Assembly (NCBI GenBank): GCA_964485215.1 | Contig: CAZAIM010000001.1 | Span: 1 to 58,396 of the forward strand | DNA: 58,396 bases | DNA from: an uncultured Bacteroidaceae bacterium | GTDB taxonomy: Bacteria; Bacteroidota; Bacteroidia; Bacteroidales; Bacteroidaceae | Direction of reading: 5' to 3' | In this document: positions 8,227-16,891 of the stretch, one piece after another | Layout of the letters: each line of letters begins with the position of its first letter | Numbering within the stretch: position 1 is the stretch's first letter | Made by a program: the position numbers and the translations under genes | The notes under the pieces: generated by a model | Databases searched by the model: none | The model's input: the letters and a program-made list of their open reading frames with translations, nothing else | Told to the model about the DNA's origin: nothing

Positions 8227-11200
8227 TTACCTGACCAGCACCTTCTTGCCATTTACAATATACATGCCTGCCGGTACACTGATGCGTGTAGTACCCTCTT
8301 TGAGAGACAGTTTTCGTACCAGACGGCCATCAACGCCATAGACTGCAAGTTCCATTTCGTCAAGCGACGTAACAGTAATGCACTCGCCGCCCTTGACTGT
8401 GTATGACTCAAGACCGTTCCCTACAGAAGTAGAATAGGTAAAAGAGGCCGAAGCATCGGCAATACGCTGCTCTTCATAGCCGGCATTGACAGCATAGATA
8501 TTGCTCAGAGCAAGCACACGAGCATTCTCCTCCACCAAATAAGAAGCACTTAGAACCAAGTTGACAACAGTTTCATCAGCAGTATTGAGTTCGCTGTTAT
8601 CCTCGGAGTAGAGAACTACTCTATAGTTGTTCATATCCTTCTGGGCATATGTCATTTTGCACGATGCAAGGTTCTCGCCCATCGTTATATCATATACCTC
8701 CACTCCATCGGGGACATTAATATCGAACTGAAGTGCTGAATATCCTTCGACTCCTGAAATTGCCAAAGGAACGCCCTCTTCTGTACCAACCTCAAGTTTA
8801 AAGTCATTTGCCGACAGAATAGCATCGGCAACAGGAGTACGGTACCAATACATTGACGATGGCGCATCGTTCCCAAGTATAAGTTCGGCAGTCGAGGCCG
8901 CATCGGCAAGTTCAATCTTTCCATTGGTATCAACATCGGCCTTTCCTGCACGGAATGCACCATTGTCAACACCATTAAGGTAGGCTACAATAAGTGCTAC
9001 GTCGTGTACAGTAACAACATCGTTGCTGTTCACATCGCCAACGACTGCATGCAGTATATCATCGATGTCATATTCGGTCAAGTTATTGAATATATGGTTC
9101 TTACGAGTTTCGAGCCACTGTTTTGCACGGTCTCTGTCACTTTCGCCAAAACCACAAGAACTGCCCCAAATGACAGCATTGCTGCTGAACGAATTCTTGG
9201 CAAAACTGTAATAGCTGTCGATATAATCCTCAAGTTCCTCCATGCAATTGTTCTCAAGAAACTCTTTCCACACTCTATAATAGTGTTTCCTGAATGTTTC
9301 GTTACTTGTTATATCTTCCCAGAAACCACTTGCAGCCATGTTGATATTGATATTGCTTACTGTCGCATCGGAATAGCAATAAGAAGAGGTTGTCTCATAT
9401 CCATACCCCCAGTCAAAATCCCATATCGGGCCGAATGTAAGCTTGCCCTCCGGATCACTTTCATTCTTGTAGAGGAATGTACTCTTCGGGTGGTTCAGTT
9501 CCTGATTCAAAGACAGGTCGTTGGCAAGGTAGAAGCGTGCAAGCGCATCCACATCGAGCACTGTTTCAATGTCACCGCCATTAAACAGTACATTAGACAT
9601 CTCTTTTACATCGTCGAGCATTGCTGTACGGCGTGCGGTTGCAACATCGGTTGTATAATCATTCAGGTCGGGCTCATTTATCTTTACCGGAAGATTATAT
9701 ACACCTGTACGGTATATCGGTTCATCGGTGCTGCCGTATGTATCCAGTTCTAGGACATATCCGAGTGCCTCGTCTATATCTACACTGTTGTTTGCCATTC
9801 CTATCTTTTCGGTAAACATATAGTTACCCTTGTATTCCCCGTTTATATAAAGATCGACAGGGATTATATGGTTGGTATAATGCGCTCCGGCCATCTGACC
9901 CATCTTCATGGATATTGCATTGGCCATAAGCGAGCCTCTCTGGGCATTCGCAAGCAGCACCCAGCTCTTGCCCTTTGTCAGGCCGAACGGCTTCACCTTC
10001 TCGGCAAACTTCAGGCGGTATGGTTTCTTGGTGTAGCTCCATGAAGAGTTTCCGCGACCCTTTATCTGCACCGAATCCTCGAAGTTCTCATACACACCAT
10101 AACCTGTTATACGGAAGTTTGCATTAAGGTAATAATCCTTGCTTGTCACCGACATCCCTCCGTCAATGTCAATATCTATTCGAGGCACCGATATTGCATT
10201 GTCAGTAAGCCACTCTACGTTTATATTATACTCACGCCCGAAAGGCCTGTAACGGTTCTCATATTTTGCATCCTGTATTTTTACAGGCTCCTCAGACGTA
10301 CCTTCAAGAACCTTATAGACACGCAACTCCGAAAGTGCCATATGATTCTTTGAATACTCACCTCTTGTCTGCAATATCCTTATTCTTGAATAACTGCCGC
10401 CAAGAGATATTGTCGGTGAGGTATATTCCTGACCGGCACCGCCTGTAGGCATATTATCAACAGTGTAATCGAGTGTACGCACTAGTGTCCACATATTGCC
10501 GTCATTGCTTGCGTATATCTCCCAGACAAGAGGGTTGTAACGAGATTCCGGCCTGCACTTGTAGTATAGCTGTATGTTCTCCAATGATTCCGGCAGGAGA
10601 ATATTTATATAGGGGTTCACATTAAGCGTAGCATTGTTTGCACTACCCCATGTAGAATGGAAAATCGTTGACGGATTGCCGTCAAGCAAGTTCTCCAGTC
10701 CTTCGTTGGACTGTTGCGAAGGCTTGTTGGTAGAGAGCATATCTGCAGTGAGCTTAACCTCCACAGTATCACCATCAGCAACAGGTGTTGTCCATATCTC
10801 GTCCTGAACCTTTACACGTTCAATGGTGTTATATCCCGGATATGTCACCTTGTATGTCACCTTGTCGGCAAAGCTCTGACGTGTAACCTTGCTCTCCTGC
10901 AATACAGTATCAACAAATGCCACAGCCTTGTCGTCACTGAGCTGAAAGCTTGCAGTAAGCCACTTGCCTATTGCGTTAAGGCTGAAATACATCTCGCCTG
11001 ACACCGCTTCGGCAATAGCATCGACATTCAGATTCGGGTTATACTTGTTGTTGAACTTGAACGATGTCATTGTGGGCAACTGTGGTGCTACAGCCGAACA
11101 GCTGTCATACTCTTCCTGAGTATAGTACATCGTATCTCCATCCTTTATGGGGAAGCAGAGCTTTCCGTTCTCTTCATAATAATTGCCGTCGAGTGCAGCC

Positions 11201-12927
11201 AAGGCGTACGCATCTACGCCGCCATTCGCAAGATACACATAAACAGCCTCACCTTCGCCAAACTGTTCATTGTCATCCTCGCCTGAACCATCTCCCCCAC
11301 TGTTGCCGCCTGAACCCACAACCTTTGTCGATTCAAACTGAGCTATCTCATTCTCAATCTGAACAAAGACAGCCTCATACTGTTCTGCGGTATATATGCC
11401 GGCAGCATTCTTCGCTGCTGCTATTGTCGAGACTATACCTTCGAGTATGGACCTTGAGCTTTCGGGATAGGTACCTTCAACATACGGGTAGCTGCTATAT
11501 GTAGCTGTTGACTGCAGTTCTGCCACACGACGCTCATACTTCTTCAGGCCGACAGCCATATATTCGGAGAGTGCAACCAGAAGTGTCGATTTAGCCGTCT
11601 CAATCTCCGAAAGGTTCTTTACGATGCCGATTGTGTTCGCGGCACTTGATATGGCAGAACGCAAGGCTTCATCCTCCCCTGCACAGTCACCGTCAAAGTT
11701 GCCGTATTCGGACAATGCGGCATTTGCATTATCTATGACAGGCTGCAATGTATTTGTTGCTTGTTGAAAGAGAGAGAGCATCAAGGACTCGACTGTAGAA
11801 TCGTCAAGCAAAGCCTTGTATATATCCCAGCCAAAAGCTATCGGCAAGGAATAGCCTTGTGTGTAATCCCCGTTCTCAAGAGCAGTCTTGTGCTCAAGGT
11901 CAAATGTCTTCATCTTGGAATCAACTCCGTCACGCATTTCTGCACCGACATAGAGCGTAAGTTCTCCCGAAGAGTTCACTCCATCGTACTGCAACCCGAA
12001 CTTGCCGTCACCCACTGCCGTAATCTTTACATAAGCAGCCTTGCTCAGATATGTCGTACTGTATTGCCAACCGTTCAAGCCATTATAGGCACTGGCTGAA
12101 TTGGCAAGATACTTTCCTGCCATAGGCCAATAGATTATATAGTGTTCATCATCAACAGGAACAAGTTGCATCACATTCTCAACCGAAGCCTCAACATCAC
12201 CTTCCTCGGCATAGCGCATATACAGAGAGCCACTGCCTGTATAGGTTGTTCCATTGGATGCTGTAAAGAATTTCACAGCATTGCCCTTCAATACAAACAG
12301 CTGCTTCTCTGCAGCAAGTTCCTGCACTGCTGTCACAGCATCGCCAAGCTTGAATTCATCGCCAACCGAAACCGGCACATAGTCTGTTCCCAGAGTTATT
12401 CCGACCTCCGTCGGGGAATTCTTTGGCTCGCCAAGACGCGTTGCCCACTGCAATGAAAAAGAAGAGACACTTTCCGCAAGGTCCAGTTCTATGTAGTGAT
12501 AATCGGTTACAGGCCAATTGCCATACCACATCGAGTGGAAATATGTCTTGTAATCATTGTCGCTCAATGCAGGCAAGCCACCTCCATCCTCGAAATAGGC
12601 TAAGGAATTGTGGTCGGCATTTGACGAGGCACTGTAAGAGACCTCATTCCCGTTTGCATCAAGCACCTTCAGTTCCGACAGGACAAAACAATAGTTGTTG
12701 CCATTGGGCTGCTCGCCCGATACAGTTCCGGTAACCGTAATGCGCACCTTGTTTGTTGATACTCCGGGAGAAAGTTGCGGCGAGTTGTATAAATAATACG
12801 ATTCGCCCCAATATGCCTCCTCACCTGGCAGGCCATTGGCCGTGGTTAATGTAAAAGACCATTCCTGAGCATAGCTGCCCAGCATTACTGACAAAGTCAG
12901 AACCACAGTAGATAGAAACCTTTTCAT
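8227..12927 (-). CDS. giant secreted CotH-domain protein with discoidin (F5/8 type C)-like modules, a dockerin-like Ca-binding pair and a T9SS C-terminal sorting domain
   Basis: Start set at ATG 12927, giving the signal peptide MKRFLSTVVLTLSVMLGSYAQ; the track start 12963 is TTG. Discoidin-like LLDGNPSTIFHSTWGS...ALSELRVYKV is present. The CotH core contains KKPYRLKF, WVLLANA, SMKMGQMAG, IPVDLYINGEYKGNYMFTEKI and FGPIWDFDWGYG. Dockerin-like loops are GDVNSNDVVTVHDV and ADVDTNGKIELAD (about 8880-9050). The C-terminal LAVYGVDGRLVRKLSLKEGTTRISVPAGMYIVNGKKVLVR is typical of a Por secretion tail. Confidence 0.8.
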   Translation of the reverse strand: MKRFLSTVVLTLSVMLGSYAQEWSFTLTTANGLPGEEAYWGESYYLYNSPQLSPGVSTNKVRITVTGTVSGEQPNGNNYCFVLSELKVLDANGNEVSYSASSNADHNSLAYFEDGGGLPALSDNDYKTYFHSMWYGNWPVTDYHYIELDLAESVSSFSLQWATRLGEPKNSPTEVGITLGTDYVPVSVGDEFKLGDAVTAVQELAAEKQLFVLKGNAVKFFTASNGTTYTGSGSLYMRYAEEGDVEASVENVMQLVPVDDEHYIIYWPMAGKYLANSASAYNGLNGWQYSTTYLSKAAYVKITAVGDGKFGLQYDGVNSSGELTLYVGAEMRDGVDSKMKTFDLEHKTALENGDYTQGYSLPIAFGWDIYKALLDDSTVESLMLSLFQQATNTLQPVIDNANAALSEYGNFDGDCAGEDEALRSAISSAANTIGIVKNLSEIETAKSTLLVALSEYMAVGLKKYERRVAELQSTATYSSYPYVEGTYPESSRSILEGIVSTIAAAKNAAGIYTAEQYEAVFVQIENEIAQFESTKVVGSGGNSGGDGSGEDDNEQFGEGEAVYVYLANGGVDAYALAALDGNYYEENGKLCFPIKDGDTMYYTQEEYDSCSAVAPQLPTMTSFKFNNKYNPNLNVDAIAEAVSGEMYFSLNAIGKWLTASFQLSDDKAVAFVDTVLQESKVTRQSFADKVTYKVTYPGYNTIERVKVQDEIWTTPVADGDTVEVKLTADMLSTNKPSQQSNEGLENLLDGNPSTIFHSTWGSANNATLNVNPYINILLPESLENIQLYYKCRPESRYNPLVWEIYASNDGNMWTLVRTLDYTVDNMPTGGAGQEYTSPTISLGGSYSRIRILQTRGEYSKNHMALSELRVYKVLEGTSEEPVKIQDAKYENRYRPFGREYNINVEWLTDNAISVPRIDIDIDGGMSVTSKDYYLNANFRITGYGVYENFEDSVQIKGRGNSSWSYTKKPYRLKFAEKVKPFGLTKGKSWVLLANAQRGSLMANAISMKMGQMAGAHYTNHIIPVDLYINGEYKGNYMFTEKIGMANNSVDIDEALGYVLELDTYGSTDEPIYRTGVYNLPVKINEPDLNDYTTDVATARRTAMLDDVKEMSNVLFNGGDIETVLDVDALARFYLANDLSLNQELNHPKSTFLYKNESDPEGKLTFGPIWDFDWGYGYETTSSYCYSDATVSNININMAASGFWEDITSNETFRKHYYRVWKEFLENNCMEELEDYIDSYYSFAKNSFSSNAVIWGSSCGFGESDRDRAKQWLETRKNHIFNNLTEYDIDDILHAVVGDVNSNDVVTVHDVALIVAYLNGVDNGAFRAGKADVDTNGKIELADAASTAELILGNDAPSSMYWYRTPVADAILSANDFKLEVGTEEGVPLAISGVEGYSALQFDINVPDGVEVYDITMGENLASCKMTYAQKDMNNYRVVLYSEDNSELNTADETVVNLVLSASYLVEENARVLALSNIYAVNAGYEEQRIADASASFTYSTSVGNGLESYTVKGGECITVTSLDEMELAVYGVDGRLVRKLSLKEGTTRISVPAGMYIVNGKKVLVR

Positions 12928-13077
12928 AATGCTGTCTATTGTATTTTTATTATAATCGGTCAACAGATAATATTATCTTCGATAATACCCCAATTTGCAA
13001 AGAAACAGAATTTTACAATATTCTCAAAAAAAATATTTATTTTTTATGGCACATAGATTAAAAAACCATCAACTATT

Positions 13078-13129
13078 ACACAAATACAGAGCAATGCGAA
13101 GATTGTTTCGCATTGCTCTGTATTTGTGT
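13078..13129 (-). terminator. 23-bp perfect-stem hairpin terminating the FHA/PP2C cassette
   Basis: ACACAAATACAGAGCAATGCGAA-gattgt-TTCGCATTGCTCTGTATTTGTGT lies 19 nt after the PP2C stop at 13148. It separates that operon from the CotH gene promoter region. Confidence 0.65.
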
Positions 13130-13147
13130 GTATGGAACTGAGATAAT

Positions 13148-14485
13148 CTACTGTTGTGAAACAGTATTCTTGTCTACTACTTCTCCCTGTTCACCACTTC
13201 CTTCATTTTCCACACGGACCGGATTCCCTTCATCAAGAGTTCCATCCGCAGCTTCATCATCTCTTTCTTCGGAAGCATCAGCATCGTTTTCTTGTGTTAC
13301 GCTAAGATTCTCTTCTTCCTCACCGCCGGCAGATGTGGGAATTTCGGGATTCTGTATCGAGGTGACATCATTCCCGGGTTCTGCAGTTGCATCTGCACCG
13401 TCGCCTTCATCAGAATTTCTTTCCAGCTGCTTGTCTTTGGCCGATGTTCCGTCTTGCAATTCCTTCTCTACCACAGGTTTTGTATCCTCGGGAACCTTAA
13501 CATCCTGTTCGGAAACCGATGACGGTTCATTCGATGGCGCAACTGTAACCGTTGCTTTGTCCGTATTGGCCAAGAGGAAATATGCGCCAATGGAAAGAGC
13601 AACAAGAAACATTGCTGCCGGCAAGATGAAAATCTTAGGAATACCCCGTTTTTTAACGGGAGACTCTACTGGGATGGAATATTCGGGCAATTCGGCCGAT
13701 TTTGGTATCTCCGGAACGACCGGTATCGCACCTTTGACATCAAGGACGTGGATTAGATAAGCTGTGTGGTTGTCACGTGCCTCTACAGTATTCTCCTTGA
13801 TAATACGCATCTTTTCTTCATCACTGAACGAATTATCGAGAATAACGTTAGCAAGATGACGGCTCTCCATAACCTCGTTGACACCATCACTGCACATGAA
13901 GAAATAGTCGCCCGGACGTATGTCGGTAATCTCCTTTATGTCGGCACGGCTACGATATTCGTTGTTGGGCTGCATGCAGCGTGTAATTACATTCTTCTGC
14001 CCGAATGTCTTTGCAGTCTCCTCTGTAAGTTCCCCAATCTTTATCAAGTCGTTCACAAGTGAATGGTCGCGTGTCTCGAACAGAATGCCGAGTGACGGGC
14101 GCAGATGATAAACCCTGCTGTCGCCCATATGTGCTACCAAGCAGCCCCCGACATGGAAATTTGCGAATGTCATCGTTGTACCCATCTTCTTTGCAGCATG
14201 GGTGTCACGTGCATCGAGCGCGTCATACGCCGCAGCCAGAGCATTACGCAACTGTTCGGGGGTAAAGAGTGTGTCGGCCGGACAGTTGGCTTTCACATAA
14301 CCGCCCATCGCATTGCACACAGCCTGACTGGCCACCTCACCGGAGTCGTGTCCGCCCATACCGTCACACAGGACAAAGCAGCGGTCGTTGTCGGTTGCCT
14401 GCCCGGGAGCAGGGTACATATAATCTTCCTGATTGCTGCGATGCCCCAGTTCGTGCATCGACAGGACTTTCAACTTGTACTCCAT
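13148..14485 (-). CDS. PP2C-family Ser/Thr phosphatase with TM helix and long acidic disordered C-terminal tail
   Basis: Motifs RSNQEDY, FVLCDGMGGHDSGEVAS, VAHMGDSRVY, FMCSDGV and DNHTA mark the PP2C metal-binding blocks. They are followed by the TM helix IFILPAAMFLVALSIGAYFLLA and about 160 aa (residues ~286-445) rich in D/E/S/T/P. Confidence 0.85.
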   Translation of the reverse strand: MEYKLKVLSMHELGHRSNQEDYMYPAPGQATDNDRCFVLCDGMGGHDSGEVASQAVCNAMGGYVKANCPADTLFTPEQLRNALAAAYDALDARDTHAAKKMGTTMTFANFHVGGCLVAHMGDSRVYHLRPSLGILFETRDHSLVNDLIKIGELTEETAKTFGQKNVITRCMQPNNEYRSRADIKEITDIRPGDYFFMCSDGVNEVMESRHLANVILDNSFSDEEKMRIIKENTVEARDNHTAYLIHVLDVKGAIPVVPEIPKSAELPEYSIPVESPVKKRGIPKIFILPAAMFLVALSIGAYFLLANTDKATVTVAPSNEPSSVSEQDVKVPEDTKPVVEKELQDGTSAKDKQLERNSDEGDGADATAEPGNDVTSIQNPEIPTSAGGEEEENLSVTQENDADASEERDDEAADGTLDEGNPVRVENEGSGEQGEVVDKNTVSQQ

Positions 14486-14511
14486 AATCTATTTATGTTT
14501 TGAAGCAGTTA

Positions 14512-14519
14512 CAAAAATA
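14512..14519 (-). promoter_or_regulatory. candidate internal -7 box (TATTTTTG) upstream of the PP2C gene
   Basis: The reverse complement of CAAAAATA matches TAnnTTTG exactly. It lies 27 nt upstream of ATG 14485, in the 94-nt gap after the FHA gene. Confidence 0.35.
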
Positions 14520-14579
14520 TTCTTACCGAACTATGACATACAACACTTCCCCTTACACAAGGAAGCCGGTGCATCATAG

Positions 14580-15101
14580 TCACTGTTTCTCTATATCAAT
14601 ATGAAACTTGCTGCCGGCCAAGGCAATGGTATCGCCGGGGCCTACAACTATTATATCATCACCGACAACCTCTTCGCCATTGACCGATGTCGGATATTTG
14701 TTCTTTGCATTCGATATGCTGCAACGCACATTCCCGCCAGCAGTCAGCATAACTGTTATGTATGAATGCATGCGGCTGATACTACGATCCGAAGTCTCTA
14801 ATTTTATATCGGCAGTACATGTGCTGGCATTTCTGCCTACACTGTTTGCACCAACAGAAAGCTTATATCTGCGCCCGGTAGCATCGTCCACCAGATAGAC
14901 TTCGCCCTGACTGCCACTACCGGGCAGGACGGTTCTTTTCTCCTCTACCGATGAGCCTACCTGTTCATATTCGCGGAACATCGCATTCTTTCCACAACTG
15001 GAACAGGTAATTCTTTTGCTCTCGATATTCGGTATCATCATAAGCAGAAGCTGCTTACCGCAATGAGGGCATCTCAAGCGGATTGTCTTTATCATATTCA
15101 T
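14580..15101 (-). CDS. zinc-ribbon + FHA domain protein
   Basis: The N-terminus has CPHCGK..(19 aa)..CSSCGK (a four-Cys ribbon). The C-terminal FHA pattern is VGRN....ADIKL...DRSISRMHSYI....N..N.YPTSVNGEEV. The stop lies 4 nt from the upstream caspase gene stop/start junction. Confidence 0.75.
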   Translation of the reverse strand: MNMIKTIRLRCPHCGKQLLLMMIPNIESKRITCSSCGKNAMFREYEQVGSSVEEKRTVLPGSGSQGEVYLVDDATGRRYKLSVGANSVGRNASTCTADIKLETSDRSISRMHSYITVMLTAGGNVRCSISNAKNKYPTSVNGEEVVGDDIIVVGPGDTIALAGSKFHIDIEKQ

Positions 15102-15105
15102 ACCT

Positions 15106-15819
15106 TTACCATTTCATTATTGTCATCTTGTCGGAGAAACTGCCCCACATTACCGGGTGTTGTTTCTCTTTGGAGGCCGACCGTACGCCGTTGCTGACAA
15201 AGTCATAAAGTTCCTTGGCCGTTATTCTACGATTCCTGTCCTCATCGGCCCCTCCTCTTAACCCACGCTCAAGAAAAGCTGTAAAAAGCCCATTCTTCAT
15301 GCTTGGGATTTCCATAGAAGATTCGTTACCGCGCGAAGAGAGGAAAAACACCACGTTATTCTGCTTGCCACTGCCCGATGAGCCACTGTTCACACGCAGC
15401 CCTCCCGAACAGCAGGCATCGGCAAACACCAGTTTGTTGACGTTCCTGAACTGAGAGAAGAGCCTGCGTACCTCCTTGAATGCAAAGACACCATCGTACA
15501 TACAGAAACCGGATTGTACTCCGTGCCCTGCAAAAAACAGTATGATATTGTCATCCTTCCTTGCCTTGGAGAAAAGCCTGCTCATGCTTTTCTTTACTTC
15601 GGCCACTGTAGCGTTGCTGTTAAGCAGGCATATATATTCGGCATCGTTGTTCTTCCGGCACAGTTCCGCCATTGTTCTGGCATCGTTCACGGGCAGCCTA
15701 AGGTCGGAAGCAGTCCCGGGATAATCGGATATGCCTACCGCAACCAGATATGTCTTCTGTGCGAACAGAAGCTGTACAGACAGAAGCAAAAACAGCAACA
15801 GCGAGAAACGTCTCTTCAT
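15106..15819 (-). CDS. exported caspase-fold (peptidase C14) protease
   Basis: A signal peptide MKRRFSLLLFLLLSVQLLFAQ is present. YLVAVGISDYPG...LPVNDARTM follows, with catalytic His in FFAGHG (His99) and catalytic Cys in FADACCSGG (Cys136). Confidence 0.8.
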   Translation of the reverse strand: MKRRFSLLLFLLLSVQLLFAQKTYLVAVGISDYPGTASDLRLPVNDARTMAELCRKNNDAEYICLLNSNATVAEVKKSMSRLFSKARKDDNIILFFAGHGVQSGFCMYDGVFAFKEVRRLFSQFRNVNKLVFADACCSGGLRVNSGSSGSGKQNNVVFFLSSRGNESSMEIPSMKNGLFTAFLERGLRGGADEDRNRRITAKELYDFVSNGVRSASKEKQHPVMWGSFSDKMTIMKW

Positions 15820-15828
15820 ACCGCTATA

Positions 15829-16749
15829 TTAACACATTGACACATCGGCATCGTTCATGTAGTCGGGAAGGTCGTTCGATGAGAGCAAATCATTGTCAAT
15901 ATCCATCATCTGTGCAGCCATATCATCAACAGAGAAGCCAGCCTCCGAAACATCAAGTATCTCAAATTCATCTATGCTGCCATTGTGGTCAAGGTCGGAA
16001 ACAGCTACATCAAAGAGACCGTCATGGTCGGCATCGATATACAGGATATTCTCTCCCTCAACCTCTACCGCGCCTATATACATATCCTGCCCCTCAACAT
16101 TTTCCTCTATTACACCAAGGATGCGCACCTCATCGTCGGAGTCATCGACGATAGCCACAACCGGTTCACCTTCATCCGCAACAATCTCCTGCCCGGCCTG
16201 CACATCGGTTTCCTGTAAAGATTGAGAAAATTCATTCTTCTCCTCGGCCGACATTGCATCCCATTCCTCTTTGTAATAGGTATTGTAAAGATTGCCCTTC
16301 CATTCAAATACACCACCAGCACCTACCTCGGCACGGGCAGCCGCAAAAGCCTCGGAAAAAGACATATCGTCATTTACTGACGATGCAATCTGAATAGCTT
16401 CGGCATCCTCAGCCTTCGCAGAAAGGATTTCGCCTACACCGCCAGCTGCATTGCCGCTCTCTTCTACATCATCTATCGACGGTTCAACAACACCTTTGGG
16501 TGCATCGTCATCGGCAAAAATTCTAGTACCTGCATATGCTCCGGCCGCACCCATGGCCAAACCGCCAACGGCACCTATCACAACACCGGCCGCAGTACCA
16601 CCAGAACCGGAAGGGGCTGAATTGTGGGGTTCTGCCGAAGGCTTTTGTACCGCATTACCTGGACGCTGTGATGCGCCGCATGTGTCATCATTCGCATATC
16701 CGGTATCACCATCATAACCGGCAATAACAGTTCTATCTTCTGTACTCAT
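15829..16749 (-). CDS. acidic single-TM protein with paired EF-hand/dockerin-like calcium-binding loops, function unknown
   Basis: The N-terminus is P/G/S-rich and is followed by the Gly/Ala-rich TM helix AAGVVIGAVGGLAMGAAGAYAG. A conserved-looking block SFSEAFAAARAEVGAGGVFEWKGNLYNTYYKEEW comes next, then a D/E-rich tail with DADHDGLFDVAV and DLDHNGSIDEFE (15961-16035). The 9-nt gap to the caspase gene implies co-translation. Confidence 0.6.
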   Translation of the reverse strand: MSTEDRTVIAGYDGDTGYANDDTCGASQRPGNAVQKPSAEPHNSAPSGSGGTAAGVVIGAVGGLAMGAAGAYAGTRIFADDDAPKGVVEPSIDDVEESGNAAGGVGEILSAKAEDAEAIQIASSVNDDMSFSEAFAAARAEVGAGGVFEWKGNLYNTYYKEEWDAMSAEEKNEFSQSLQETDVQAGQEIVADEGEPVVAIVDDSDDEVRILGVIEENVEGQDMYIGAVEVEGENILYIDADHDGLFDVAVSDLDHNGSIDEFEILDVSEAGFSVDDMAAQMMDIDNDLLSSNDLPDYMNDADVSMC

Positions 16750-16779
16750 AATATTTATTTTTTGGTTTTACATCTATTG

Positions 16780-16787
16780 CAAAGTTA
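16780..16787 (-). promoter_or_regulatory. candidate internal -7 box (TAACTTTG) upstream of the acidic TM protein gene
   Basis: The reverse complement of CAAAGTTA matches TAnnTTTG. It lies 31 nt upstream of ATG 16749, in a 142-nt gap. Confidence 0.35.
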
Positions 16788-16891
16788 ACACCGGAGAACA
16801 ACCGAACAAAATCTTTCGCCCGTTTTTGTACCAACATCTGCCGAAAATGTACGAACCGCCTTCGTTTGATGAAGAACCGCAAAAAACGCGC

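Noticed and set aside
9004-9753. 249-aa plus-strand ORF antisense to the CotH-domain gene
   Set aside because: It lies entirely inside a well-supported minus-strand CDS. Its composition is Cys/Ile/His-rich and not protein-like, with no motif. It is a typical shadow ORF.
12928-12963. Longer track starts for several genes: 12963 TTG, 40341 TTG, 22659 GTG, 38522, 28312, 5599, 56399
   Set aside because: In each case an internal ATG gives a proper signal peptide or lipobox, or matches the family N-terminus. For 56399, a promoter-like box lies inside the extension. Shorter starts were used: 12927, 40332, 22668, 38477, 28378, 5530 and 56477.
13113-13760. 215-aa Ser/Pro-rich plus-strand ORF
   Set aside because: It is the antisense reading of the GA-rich codons that encode the acidic tail of the PP2C protein, so it is a low-complexity artefact.
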